Part shown: positions 20,528 to 29,170 of the stretch, one piece after another
How the letters are laid out: each line of letters begins with the position of its first letter
Numbering within the stretch: position 1 is the stretch's first letter
Source: an uncultured Chloroflexia bacterium
GTDB lineage: Bacteria > Chloroflexota > Limnocylindria > Limnocylindrales > CSP1-4
Length of the DNA: 64,000 bases
Direction: 5' to 3'
Assembly (NCBI GenBank): GCA_963749705.1
Contig: CAVVNQ010000015.1
Coordinates: forward strand, 128,001 to 192,000
Made by a program: the position numbers and the translations under genes
The notes under the pieces: generated by a model
What the model was told of the DNA's origin: nothing
The model's input: the letters and a program-made list of their open reading frames with translations, nothing else
Database searches by the model: none

Positions 20528-22272
20528 TCCGCGACCACGAAGCCCTGATCGTCGGCGCCGGCGGCGCCGGACTGTGGGCCGCGCTCGAGCTCGCCCGGGC
20601 GGGCGTCGACTCCGCGGTGCTCACCAAGCTGTACCCGACCCGCTCCCATACCGGCGCCGCCCAGGGCGGCGTGTGTGCCGCCCTGGGCAACCAGGAGGAG
20701 GACCACTGGGAGTGGCACATGTTCGACACCATCAAGGGTGGCGACTACCTCGTCGACCAGGACGCCGCCGAGGTCCTCGCGCGCGAGGCGATCGAGACGG
20801 TGATCGAGCTCGAGCACATGGGCCTGCCGTTCAACCGCACCGCGGACGGGAAGATCGACCAGCGGCGGTTCGGCGGCCACACCCGGAACTACGGGGAGGC
20901 CGCGGTCAAGCGCGCCTGCTTCGCGGCCGATCGAACCGGCCACATGATCCTCCAGACCCTGTACCAGCAGTGCCTCAAGCACGGGGTCAAGTTCTACGAC
21001 GAATACCACGTCGTCGACCTGATCACCGAGGGCGGCGAGCTGGGCGAGGGCGGGCGAGCCGCGGGGGTCGTCGCGTACCGGATCGCCGACGGAGAGCTGG
21101 TCACCCTGCGGTCGAAGGCCGTGCTGCTCGCGACCGGCGGGTTCGGACGCATGTTCCGCGTCACCTCGAACGCCTGGAGCCTCACCGGCGACGGCGTCTC
21201 GCTCGCGTACCGACACGGCGTCCCGATGCAGGACATGGAGTTCTACCAGTTCCACCCGACCGGGATCGTGGGAATCGGCATCCTGCTGTCCGAGGCGGCC
21301 CGCGGCGAGGGCGCGTACCTCCTCGACAACGACGGCTTCCGGTTCATGGAGCGGTACGCCCCCAAGCTGATGGAGCTGGCGCCGCGCGACATGGTCAGCC
21401 GCGCGATCTACCAGGAGATCCGCGCCGGGCGCGGCATCGACGGCAAGGACTACGTCTACCTCGACGTCCGCCACCTCGGCCGCAAGGTCATCGACGAGAA
21501 GCTGCCGGACATCACCGACTTCGTCCGCGTCTACCAGGGCGTCGAGCCATACACCGAGCCGATCCCGATCCAGCCCACCGCGCACTACGCGATGGGTGGC
21601 ATCCCGACCAACCTGCTCACCCAGGTGACCCGCGACGCTGCCAGCACAGTCGTGCCGGGGCTGTACGCCGCGGGCGAGGCCGCCTGCGTGTCCGTCCACG
21701 GCGCGAATCGCCTGGGAACGAACTCGCTCGTCGACCTGCTCGTGTTCGGGCGCCGGGCCGGGCGGCAGATGACCCTGGACGTCAAGGGGCTCGGGGTCCC
21801 GGAGATCTCGCCCGACGTGATGGAGCCGGTACGCGCCGAGATCGAGGCGATCCGCGGCCGCGCCAAGGGCGAGCGCAAGGAAGCGATCCGGACCGAGCTC
21901 GCGGACGTGATGATGGACGACGCCGGTGTCTACCGGGACGCCGAGGGCCTGGAGCGGGCGCGAGCCAAGGTGGCCGACCTCCGGGGCCGCTACGACGCCG
22001 TGTCCATCGACGACAAGGGGACGACGTTCAACACGGACCTGCTCGAGGCGCGCGAGGTGGGCTACCTGCTCGACTGCGCGGAGACGATGGTGGCGGCGTG
22101 CATCAATCGCAAGGAGAGCCGCGGTGCGCACAGCCGGGAGGACTATCCGGAACGCGACGACGTGAACTTCCTCAGCCATTCGCTCGCGACGATGGGCGCA
22201 GACGGGGCGGTCGAGCTGGCCTACAAGCCGGTCACGATCACCAAGTTCCAGCCCAAGCCGCGTGTCTACTAG
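20524..22272 (+). CDS. sdhA: Succinate dehydrogenase flavoprotein
   Basis: GAGGAG, RSHTGAAQGG, QFHPTG, HYAMGGI, HGANRLGTNS, ESRGAH. Confidence 0.96.
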   Translation: MIRDHEALIVGAGGAGLWAALELARAGVDSAVLTKLYPTRSHTGAAQGGVCAALGNQEEDHWEWHMFDTIKGGDYLVDQDAAEVLAREAIETVIELEHMGLPFNRTADGKIDQRRFGGHTRNYGEAAVKRACFAADRTGHMILQTLYQQCLKHGVKFYDEYHVVDLITEGGELGEGGRAAGVVAYRIADGELVTLRSKAVLLATGGFGRMFRVTSNAWSLTGDGVSLAYRHGVPMQDMEFYQFHPTGIVGIGILLSEAARGEGAYLLDNDGFRFMERYAPKLMELAPRDMVSRAIYQEIRAGRGIDGKDYVYLDVRHLGRKVIDEKLPDITDFVRVYQGVEPYTEPIPIQPTAHYAMGGIPTNLLTQVTRDAASTVVPGLYAAGEAACVSVHGANRLGTNSLVDLLVFGRRAGRQMTLDVKGLGVPEISPDVMEPVRAEIEAIRGRAKGERKEAIRTELADVMMDDAGVYRDAEGLERARAKVADLRGRYDAVSIDDKGTTFNTDLLEAREVGYLLDCAETMVAACINRKESRGAHSREDYPERDDVNFLSHSLATMGADGAVELAYKPVTITKFQPKPRVY

Positions 22273-22288
22273 GGCGGGGGAGCGACCG

Positions 22289-22990
22289 ATGATCGTCGAG
22301 CTGCGGATCCTCCGCTACGACCCCGAGCGGGACGCCAGGCCGCACGAGGAGGTCTACAAGGTCGAGGCCGGGCCGATGGACCGCGTCCTCGACCTGCTGC
22401 ACAAGGTCAAGTACGAGCAGGACGGCAGCCTGACCTTCCGCCGGTCGTGCGGACACGGTGTGTGCGGGTCGGATGCGATGCTGATCAACGGCCGCAACCG
22501 GCTCGCCTGCAAGATCCGCGTCGACCAGCTCGGCGGTCGCAGGATCACCGTGGCACCGCTGCCCGGCCTGCCCGTGATGAAGGATCTCGTCGTCGACATG
22601 GACGCCTTCTTCGCGAAGTTCCGGAGCGTCCAGCCCTACCTCATCGCCGCGGAGCCCGCGACGGAGCGCGAGCGTCGCCAGTCGGCGGCCGACCGGGCCC
22701 GCTACGACGACACCACCAAGTGCATCCTGTGCGCGGCGTGCACGTCCTCGTGCCCGTCGTTCTGGGCGCAGCCGGGATACGTCGGGCCGGCCGCGATCGT
22801 CAACGCCCACCGGTTCATCTTCGACACCCGTGACGAGGCCGCCGAGGAGCGACTGGAGATCCTGGCCGACAGCGATGGCGTCTGGCGCTGCCGGACGATC
22901 TTCAACTGCACCGATGCGTGCCCGCGCGGCATCCACATCACGCAGGCGATCCTCGAGGTGTCCTCGGCGATCGTGGGGCGACACGCCTGA
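22289..22990 (+). CDS. sdhB: Succinate dehydrogenase iron-sulfur subunit
   Basis: RRSCGHGVCGSD, CILCAACTSSCP, CRTIFNCTDACP. Confidence 0.96.
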   Translation: MIVELRILRYDPERDARPHEEVYKVEAGPMDRVLDLLHKVKYEQDGSLTFRRSCGHGVCGSDAMLINGRNRLACKIRVDQLGGRRITVAPLPGLPVMKDLVVDMDAFFAKFRSVQPYLIAAEPATERERRQSAADRARYDDTTKCILCAACTSSCPSFWAQPGYVGPAAIVNAHRFIFDTRDEAAEERLEILADSDGVWRCRTIFNCTDACPRGIHITQAILEVSSAIVGRHA

Positions 22991-23484
22991 GCGAGGCGCC
23001 GCTGCCGGTCTACCCGCACGTCGTCATCCGCACCGACGGCGCTGCGCGGGGCAATCCCGGGCCGGCCTCGCTCGGTGCGGCGCTGTTCGATGCGTCCCGC
23101 CCGGACGCGAAGGATCCGGCCGCGGCGCCGGATGCGACGATCTCCGAGGCGCTCGGCCACCAGACCAACAATGTCGCCGAGTGGACCGGCGTCGTCCGCG
23201 CGCTCGACCTTGCTCTGCGGCTGGGCGCACGACGGGTCGACCTGTTCCTCGATTCCAAGCTGATCGTGGAGCAGCTCCACGGCCGCTGGCGGGTCAAGGA
23301 TGCCAAGCTCCAGCCGCTGTGGGCACAGGCGACTGCGACGCTGGGTCGCCTCGAGGGCTGGTCCGCGACGCACGTGCCGCGGGCCCAGAACTCGACGGCG
23401 GACCGGCTCGCAAACGAGGCGCTCGACCGGGTGGCCGCCGGCGGTCCGATGCGCATCGCTCGGGCCCGCAGGGTGGGTGACTGA
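22987..23484 (+). CDS. rnhA: Ribonuclease HI (probable CTG start)
   Basis: TDGAARGNPGPA, TNNVAEW, DSKLIVEQ, HVPRAQNSTADRLAN. Confidence 0.88.
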   Translation: MSEAPLPVYPHVVIRTDGAARGNPGPASLGAALFDASRPDAKDPAAAPDATISEALGHQTNNVAEWTGVVRALDLALRLGARRVDLFLDSKLIVEQLHGRWRVKDAKLQPLWAQATATLGRLEGWSATHVPRAQNSTADRLANEALDRVAAGGPMRIARARRVGD

Positions 23485-23494
23485 GGGCGCTGCT

Positions 23495-23753
23495 CGGGCG
23501 GGTCCCGGACCCGACGCACGTTGCCCGAGGACCGGCCTCACCTGCCACGCCGTCGACGCCACGAGCCGCCGACTCACGCCGCGAGTCACTGCGCCCACCC
23601 GGCTGGCGCCTCGCCGTCGCGAAGCCCGTCCGGAACGTCGACACGCAGCTTGGGCCTCGCCTCTGACGCGCTCGGTGAGTCACGGGGTCGTGGGCGCGAC
23701 GCGGCGCCGGTCGGGCGCGGGCGGGTCCCGGACCCGACGCACGTTGCCCGAGG
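23495..23753. repeat. Two identical 36-bp direct repeats (23495-23530, 23718-23753) around a 187-bp fold-back segment
   Basis: CGGGCGGGTCCCGGACCCGACGCACGTTGCCCGAGG occurs twice exactly. Confidence 0.9.
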
Positions 23754-23785
23754 GGTTTCGTCCACCCACCGCGTACAATCCGCGA

Positions 23786-24132
23786 GCCAGCGAGACGGCC
23801 GGATGGTCGCGCGGCTGCCGGGCAACCGTCAGCCGTGAGGAAAGTCCGAGCTCCTCAGCGCGGGGTAGCGGGTAACGCCCGTCCGCCGTGAGGCGAGGAC
23901 CAGTGCCACAGTGACGATGCCGGCCATCGAGGCCGGAGTGAAACGCGGCAAACTCTACCCGGAGCAAGGCCAAATAGGAGGGCGCAACCCCGGTTCGCCG
24001 GGGGGAGAGGTGCGCTGCCCAGCCCTCGGGTCGGCTGCATGAGCCGTCGGGCAACCGGCGGCCTCAGATGGATGACCGTCGCCGCGGCGCGAGTCGCGGT
24101 ACAGAACTCGGCTTACAGGCCGCCTCGCTGGC
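23786..24132 (+). ncRNA. rnpB: RNase P RNA
   Basis: GAGGAAAGTCC, CGGCAAACTCTACCCGGAGCAAGGCCAAATAGG and CAGAACTCGGCTTA conserved blocks. P1 pairing GCCAGCGAG/CTCGCTGGC. TACAAT -10 at 23774-23779. Confidence 0.95.
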
Positions 24133-24219
24133 ACAACCGCGGTCCTGGCTGTGGTGACATCCGCGCCTGCTGAGGCAGGGGCCTGCTCCACGGCCGCCGA
24201 TCCGGCTACCATCGTCGGA

Positions 24220-25470
24220 GTGCAGGAGCCCGCTGCGACCCACGATCCCGCGCCGTTTCGGTTGCGGCCGCTGATCCTGACCGTCTACCTGCCCACGTTC
24301 CTGCTGGCGTTTGGCCAGGGCGCGGTGCTTCCGATCATCCCGCTGTTCGCCAGCGACCTCGGCGCCAGCGTCGCCGTCGCGGGGCTCGTGTTCGCGATGC
24401 GCGGCCTCGGATCGATGGTGTTCGACGTTCCCGCGGGCGTCCTGGCATCACGGTTCGGGGATCGGCGAACGCTGATCGCCGGCGCGCTCGTGATCGCGGT
24501 CGTCGGGCTGGGCTCGGCCACGAGCCGGTCCGTTGCGCAGCTCGCCCTGTTCACGTTCCTGTTCGGGGCCGGGAACTCGGTGTTCCAGGTCGGCCGGCTC
24601 GCCTACATCTCGGAGATCACCCCCATCGGCCAGCGCGGCCGCGTGATCACGCTGCTGGCGGGCCTCGACCGGGTCGCGCTGTTCGCCTCGCCGATCGTGG
24701 GCGGGCTCGTGGCCGCGACCTTCGGTTTGGCGGCGCCGTTCCTGGTCCAGGCCGCCGCCGGTGCGTCGGCTGCCGTGCTGATCTGGTTCGTCGTCCGGGA
24801 CAACGTCGTCGTTCCCCTCGCATCCGGCCACCGCGTGTACCGGCGCGTGGGAAGCACGCTCTCCCGCAATCGCCGCAGCTTCCTGACCTGGGGCGTGGCC
24901 GTCATCACCCTCCAGGTGATCCGCGGCGGGCGCCAGGTCCTGATCCCGCTGTGGGGCGCCGGGATCGGGCTCGACGTCGTGGCGATCGGTCTCGTGGTCG
25001 GGCTCTCGGCCGGCATCGACATGCTGCTGTTCTACCCGGTAGGGCACGTGATGGACCGCTTCGGACGGAAGTGGGTCGCCACGCCGAGCCTGGTCGTGCT
25101 CTCGATCGGGGTCGCGCTCATCCCGCTCGCGGGAACGTTCGAGGCGCTGCTGCTGGTCGGGCTCATCACCGGCCTGGGCAACGGGCTGGGGACCGGGATC
25201 GTGATGACGCTCGGCGCGGATCTCTCGCCGCCGATCGGTCGCGGCGAGTTCCTGGGAGTGTGGCGCCTGATCGCGGACGTCGGGACCGCGGGCGGACCGT
25301 TCGTGATCGCCGCCATCGCACACGTGCTCACGCTTGGCGCCGCGTCGCTCGCCGTCGGCGGCGTGGGGCTTGCCGGCGCGCTGTTCCTTACCGTCGCCGC
25401 GCGCGAGACCCTGACGTCACCGCAGCCTGCCGCCGTGCACGCCGGGCTCGGCGGCTCGTCGGGACGTTGA
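24220..25470 (+). CDS. MFS transporter
   Basis: About 12 TM helices, motif A-like GVLASRFGDR and GHVMDRFGRK; TACCAT 7 nt before GTG. Confidence 0.9.
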   Translation: MQEPAATHDPAPFRLRPLILTVYLPTFLLAFGQGAVLPIIPLFASDLGASVAVAGLVFAMRGLGSMVFDVPAGVLASRFGDRRTLIAGALVIAVVGLGSATSRSVAQLALFTFLFGAGNSVFQVGRLAYISEITPIGQRGRVITLLAGLDRVALFASPIVGGLVAATFGLAAPFLVQAAAGASAAVLIWFVVRDNVVVPLASGHRVYRRVGSTLSRNRRSFLTWGVAVITLQVIRGGRQVLIPLWGAGIGLDVVAIGLVVGLSAGIDMLLFYPVGHVMDRFGRKWVATPSLVVLSIGVALIPLAGTFEALLLVGLITGLGNGLGTGIVMTLGADLSPPIGRGEFLGVWRLIADVGTAGGPFVIAAIAHVLTLGAASLAVGGVGLAGALFLTVAARETLTSPQPAAVHAGLGGSSGR

Positions 25471-25509
25471 TGCCACGCGGGGAACGTGACCGTTTCCGGT
25501 GGTCCGGGC

Positions 25510-25767
25510 TCAGTCCTCGTCGGGCCGGAAGATGTGCGCCGCGGTGCACGCGTTGCAGATCGGCATCGAAGAGTCCAGGTCTCCGAGCGGGATCGGCAGC
25601 CGGCGGTCCGGGTACAGGCACTCCACCTCGTAGACCCGTTCCCGCGCACGGTCGAGCGAGATCAGGCGCCGATACGTGCAGCGCCGGATCCGATGCGGCG
25701 CGAGGCGCGACGGATCGTTCTCGTGGGACGCGACTTCGGCGACGGGAGCGGTGGTGGGGAGCGCCAT
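25510..25767 (-). CDS. Small 4-Cys hypothetical protein (85 aa), possible Zn-binding
   Basis: RRCTYRR..VECLYP..ICNAC..FRPDED; GC3-biased codons; divergent from the LysM gene. Confidence 0.6.
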   Translation of the reverse strand: MALPTTAPVAEVASHENDPSRLAPHRIRRCTYRRLISLDRARERVYEVECLYPDRRLPIPLGDLDSSMPICNACTAAHIFRPDED

Positions 25768-25956
25768 GAGCGGCAGGGCCGGTTTCTCCGCGGTGTCGGA
25801 TCGAGGACGAGCTCGCCGATGTGTCAAACGACGGTGGAGGTGCAGCCTAGCACCCCGGATTCCGTACCGACAATGCGCAGGAGGTACTAGACTCGCCCGC
25901 ATCGGGGGCTTGCGTTGTCGCGTCACCTGGAGGGGCAGGACCTGAAGGACGACTGG

Positions 25957-26811
25957 ATGTCTGCCGCGGAGGGCGGTGACATCGCCGACGAGCCTCGGAC
26001 CGCAACCGACGGGCGCGCCACCACGCGTCCCGCCCTGCCCCTGTTCGATGACGCGGCACGCTCGCCCGACCCGGGTGTCTGCCCGTTCTTCCGGCGCGAG
26101 GTCGACGGCAAGCTGTTCGCCCCGCTCGATGAGCCGGACGACGGCAACCGGTGCGTCGCGATCGGCGGCCCGCGGCCCCAGTCGGTTCGCCAGCAGGAGC
26201 TCGTCTGCCTGCATCCGGCGCATGCGGACTGTCCCCGCTATCTGCGTGGGGCAATGCTCCTCGCAGAGCCCCCGCCGAGGGCGACACCGGCCGTGCCCCG
26301 CGCAACGCTGGCTGCCCTTCTGGTCCTGGTGCTGAGCGCCGGGATCTCGTTCGGGTTCGTCGTGCAACGCGGTGGGATCGACCTGCCGGCCACGGGCGCC
26401 GGTGCCTCGCCGACCGGGCTCGCGATCATCGCGTCTCCGACACCTGCAGCAACGCCCGGCCCGACCGGCGTGCCGGCATCGCCATCCGAGAGCCTCGTGC
26501 CCGCGCCGGAAGCCACGGCCAGCCCCACCCCCGCCCCCACGCCGGTCCCGACCGTCGAGCCGACGCCGAGCCCGACCGCCGCCCCGACGGCGACCCCGCA
26601 GCCCACCAGTGATCGCTACGCCCTGCTGACGCCGTGCACTGACCAGGCGGACTGCTACACGTACACCGTCCGGGCCGGCGACAACCTGTTCAGCATCGCC
26701 AACTACTTCGGCGTGCCGCTGGACACGGTCTACGCCTGGAACCCGAAGTACGCGAACGGCGCGGGCCTGCGGGCGGGCGACCAGATCCGGATGCCACCGC
26801 CCACCCGGTAG
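25957..26811 (+). CDS. Membrane-anchored LysM protein with N-terminal Cys/His cluster and Pro/Thr linker
   Basis: CPFF..NRC..CLHPAHADCPRY, one TM helix, PT-rich linker, YTVRAGDNLFSIA..L..WNP..LRAGDQIRMP. Confidence 0.88.
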   Translation: MSAAEGGDIADEPRTATDGRATTRPALPLFDDAARSPDPGVCPFFRREVDGKLFAPLDEPDDGNRCVAIGGPRPQSVRQQELVCLHPAHADCPRYLRGAMLLAEPPPRATPAVPRATLAALLVLVLSAGISFGFVVQRGGIDLPATGAGASPTGLAIIASPTPAATPGPTGVPASPSESLVPAPEATASPTPAPTPVPTVEPTPSPTAAPTATPQPTSDRYALLTPCTDQADCYTYTVRAGDNLFSIANYFGVPLDTVYAWNPKYANGAGLRAGDQIRMPPPTR

Positions 26812-26910
26812 CCCGCGACGACCTGCGGGCGCGGCCACACGGCGAACATCGTCTCGCTCAGGCCGCCGGCGCGACCCGGACTCCGACCACCATCCCCTGC
26901 AATTCGGCCA

Positions 26911-26972
26911 TTGACGGCCGCCCCACGCGCGCTAGAATGCCCAGAAGTGGCGCAAAGTGGTGGAAAGTGGGG
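26911..26972 (+). promoter_or_regulatory. dcw promoter with three MraZ-binding GTGG repeats
   Basis: TTGACG-16nt-TAGAAT, then AAGTGG repeated three times with 10-bp period (26945-26970). Confidence 0.85.
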
Positions 26973-27031
26973 AATGCCCCGCGGTTGATCGATCCACCCG
27001 TCGCCGCGAGGGACGTCAGGAGCTGGGATCG

Positions 27032-27460
27032 GTGTTCACCGGCGAGTACCGGCACGCGGTCGACGACAAGGGACGGATCGCCGTCCCGTCGCGATTCCGC
27101 GCGCAGCTCGACGGTGGGGCCGTGGTCGCAAGGTGGCTCGACACCTGTCTTGCGATCTTCCCCAGGAGCGCATGGGAGGAGCTGGCGACCAAAGTCGGCA
27201 GCCTGCCCATGACCGACCCCAACGCCCGGCTGCTGCAGCGACAGCTGTTCGCGGGTGCCTTCGAGACGGAGCTCGACCGCCAGGGTCGGGTGCTCGTTCC
27301 GCAGGGGCTGCGCTCGTTCGCCGGCCTCGAGGCCGACGCGATGGTGCTCGGATCCCGGGATCACGCCGAGATCTGGGCGCCGGACCGATGGGCGGATTAC
27401 AGCCGCAGCCTCGAGGACCCGGACGCGTTCGCGCAGGCGATCGCCGGGCTGGGGATCTGA
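27032..27460 (+). CDS. mraZ: Transcriptional regulator MraZ
   Basis: FTGEYRHAVDDKGRIAVP and LDRQGRVLVP duplicated motifs. Confidence 0.96.
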   Translation: MFTGEYRHAVDDKGRIAVPSRFRAQLDGGAVVARWLDTCLAIFPRSAWEELATKVGSLPMTDPNARLLQRQLFAGAFETELDRQGRVLVPQGLRSFAGLEADAMVLGSRDHAEIWAPDRWADYSRSLEDPDAFAQAIAGLGI

Positions 27461-27521
27461 CGTCGCACCAAATGCGCTTCCAGGGTCCGCTCGGGATCCG
27501 CAATCGACACGTGGAGGAGTG

Positions 27522-28466
27522 ATGGAGGAAGGGCACTTGCCGGTCATGCCGGACGAGGTCCTCGGGACGCTCGCCCCCAGGCCCGGCAGCCTCCAGATCG
27601 ACGCGACGGTCGGCGGCGGTGGGCACACCGAGCGGATCCTGGAGGCCGCCAGCCCCGACGGCCGGGTCCTCGGGCTCGATGCCGACGGGGCGGCGATCGA
27701 GCGCGTCCGGCTGCGACTCGCCCGCTTCGGCGATCGGCTGGTGCTCCGGCGCGCGAACTTCCGCGAGCTTGCGACGATCGCCCCCGAGGCCGGGTTCGGC
27801 GCCGTCGACGGCATGCTGTTCGACCTCGGATTGTCGTCGTTCCAGCTGGCCGACCGCGAGCGTGGCTTCGGCTTCCGCGCCGGCGGCCCCCTCGACATGC
27901 GGTTCGATGCGACGCGCGGGGTCCCGGCGGCGGAGCTGCTCGCGACCCTCGATGCGGACGAGCTCGCCGCCCTGTTCCGTCGCTACGGCGAGGAGCCTGC
28001 GGCGTGGAAGATCGCCAGGGCGATCGTGGCGGCGAGGGCGACCGCGCCGATCCGGACCGCGGAAGAGCTGGCCGGGCTGATCGAGCGCGTCTCGCCCCCA
28101 AACCCACGCCAGCGCCGGCGGACCCATCCCGCCACGCGCACGTTCCAGGCGCTGCGGATCGCGGTCAACGAGGAGCTGGACGCGCTGAGCGACGGCCTCG
28201 CCGCGGCGGTGGACCTGCTGCGCCCCGGCGGACGGCTGGTCGTCCTGTCCTATCACTCGCTCGAGGACAGGATCGTCAAGCGCGCGTTCAACGCCGAGCG
28301 ACGGGGCTGCATCTGCCCGCCCCAGGCCCCGGTGTGCGTCTGCGGCCGGGCGCCGCGGCTGCGCCTGGTGACACGGCCGTCCATGACCCCGACCGATGTC
28401 GAGATCGATGCCAACCCACGATCCCGCAGCGCGCGCCTCCGGGCCGCCGAGCGGCTGGCCGCCTGA
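27522..28466 (+). CDS. rsmH: 16S rRNA m4C1402 methyltransferase
   Basis: HLPVM, DATVGGGGH, DLGLSSFQL, PLDMR, FQALRIAVN, YHSLEDRIVK. Confidence 0.96.
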   Translation: MEEGHLPVMPDEVLGTLAPRPGSLQIDATVGGGGHTERILEAASPDGRVLGLDADGAAIERVRLRLARFGDRLVLRRANFRELATIAPEAGFGAVDGMLFDLGLSSFQLADRERGFGFRAGGPLDMRFDATRGVPAAELLATLDADELAALFRRYGEEPAAWKIARAIVAARATAPIRTAEELAGLIERVSPPNPRQRRRTHPATRTFQALRIAVNEELDALSDGLAAAVDLLRPGGRLVVLSYHSLEDRIVKRAFNAERRGCICPPQAPVCVCGRAPRLRLVTRPSMTPTDVEIDANPRSRSARLRAAERLAA

Positions 28467-28570
28467 GCGCGAGGAGGATCGATCGAGGCAGACCACCGAC
28501 GCCGCCCCTCGCGCCCCGTCGATCCCGCCGGCCCACGTGGCCGCGGCCCCGCCCACGGAGGAGGAGTCCC

Positions 28571-28768
28571 GTGAGCAAGCGCCACCAGTCCAATCGCCGC
28601 AAGTCCTACGGACGTCGCCAGCACGAGCTCGCCGAGCGGCGGGTCCATCGTGACGACCCCGAGGCGCTCGACACCCAGATGAGCGAGACCGTGCCGCCCA
28701 CCATGGGCGACCGGTTCATCGCGCTCGATGCCGGCGTGCCGCTGCTGCTCTACACCATGGCCGATTGA
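28571..28768 (+). CDS. Small basic hypothetical protein (65 aa) in the dcw operon
   Basis: Strong GGAGGAGGAG RBS before GTG; MSKRHQSNRRKSYGRRQHE...; stop 2 nt before the ftsL-like ATG. Confidence 0.65.
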   Translation: MSKRHQSNRRKSYGRRQHELAERRVHRDDPEALDTQMSETVPPTMGDRFIALDAGVPLLLYTMAD

Positions 28769-28770
28769 CG

Positions 28771-29154
28771 ATGGCCGTCTACCAGGGAGCCCGGCAGCGA
28801 ACCGTCGTCCTGCCGCGCCGTCCGCGCGTCGCGGTCGGAGCCCCCGCCCTGCCGCGGCGCCGGGTTCGAGCGGCGGTCAGGGCGCGTCGCGGGCCGTCGC
28901 GGATGGCGATCCTGCTGGGCGCGATCGTGATCGCGTTTGCCGCGGCGTTCTTCTCCCTGTCACAGGACATCCGGGTGTCCGCGACCGGGTACGAGGTCGA
29001 CCGGCTGACCAGCGAGCACGACCGCTACGATGCACAGGCCGCCGACCTGCTCAACGAGCTCAACCGGCTGGGCAAGGCTCCGGCCATCCGCAAGCTTGCG
29101 ATCCAGGCCGGGCTTGGCCCGCTTCCCGAGCCGCTCGTCATCCCCGCGCGCTGA
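28771..29154 (+). CDS. FtsL-like cell division protein
   Basis: Basic N-terminus, single TM, coiled coil, IRKLA..GL; located between rsmH and the PBP gene. Confidence 0.7.
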   Translation: MAVYQGARQRTVVLPRRPRVAVGAPALPRRRVRAAVRARRGPSRMAILLGAIVIAFAAAFFSLSQDIRVSATGYEVDRLTSEHDRYDAQAADLLNELNRLGKAPAIRKLAIQAGLGPLPEPLVIPAR

Positions 29155-29170
29155 CGCGGACGACCGCCAG

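Noticed and set aside
23495-23753. 36-bp repeats as a CRISPR array
   Set aside because: Only two copies, a 187-bp spacer and no cas genes. Kept as a repeat-bounded element instead.
28300-28350. CICPP..CVCG cysteine motif in RsmH
   Set aside because: A common insertion in RsmH of several phyla; not novel.
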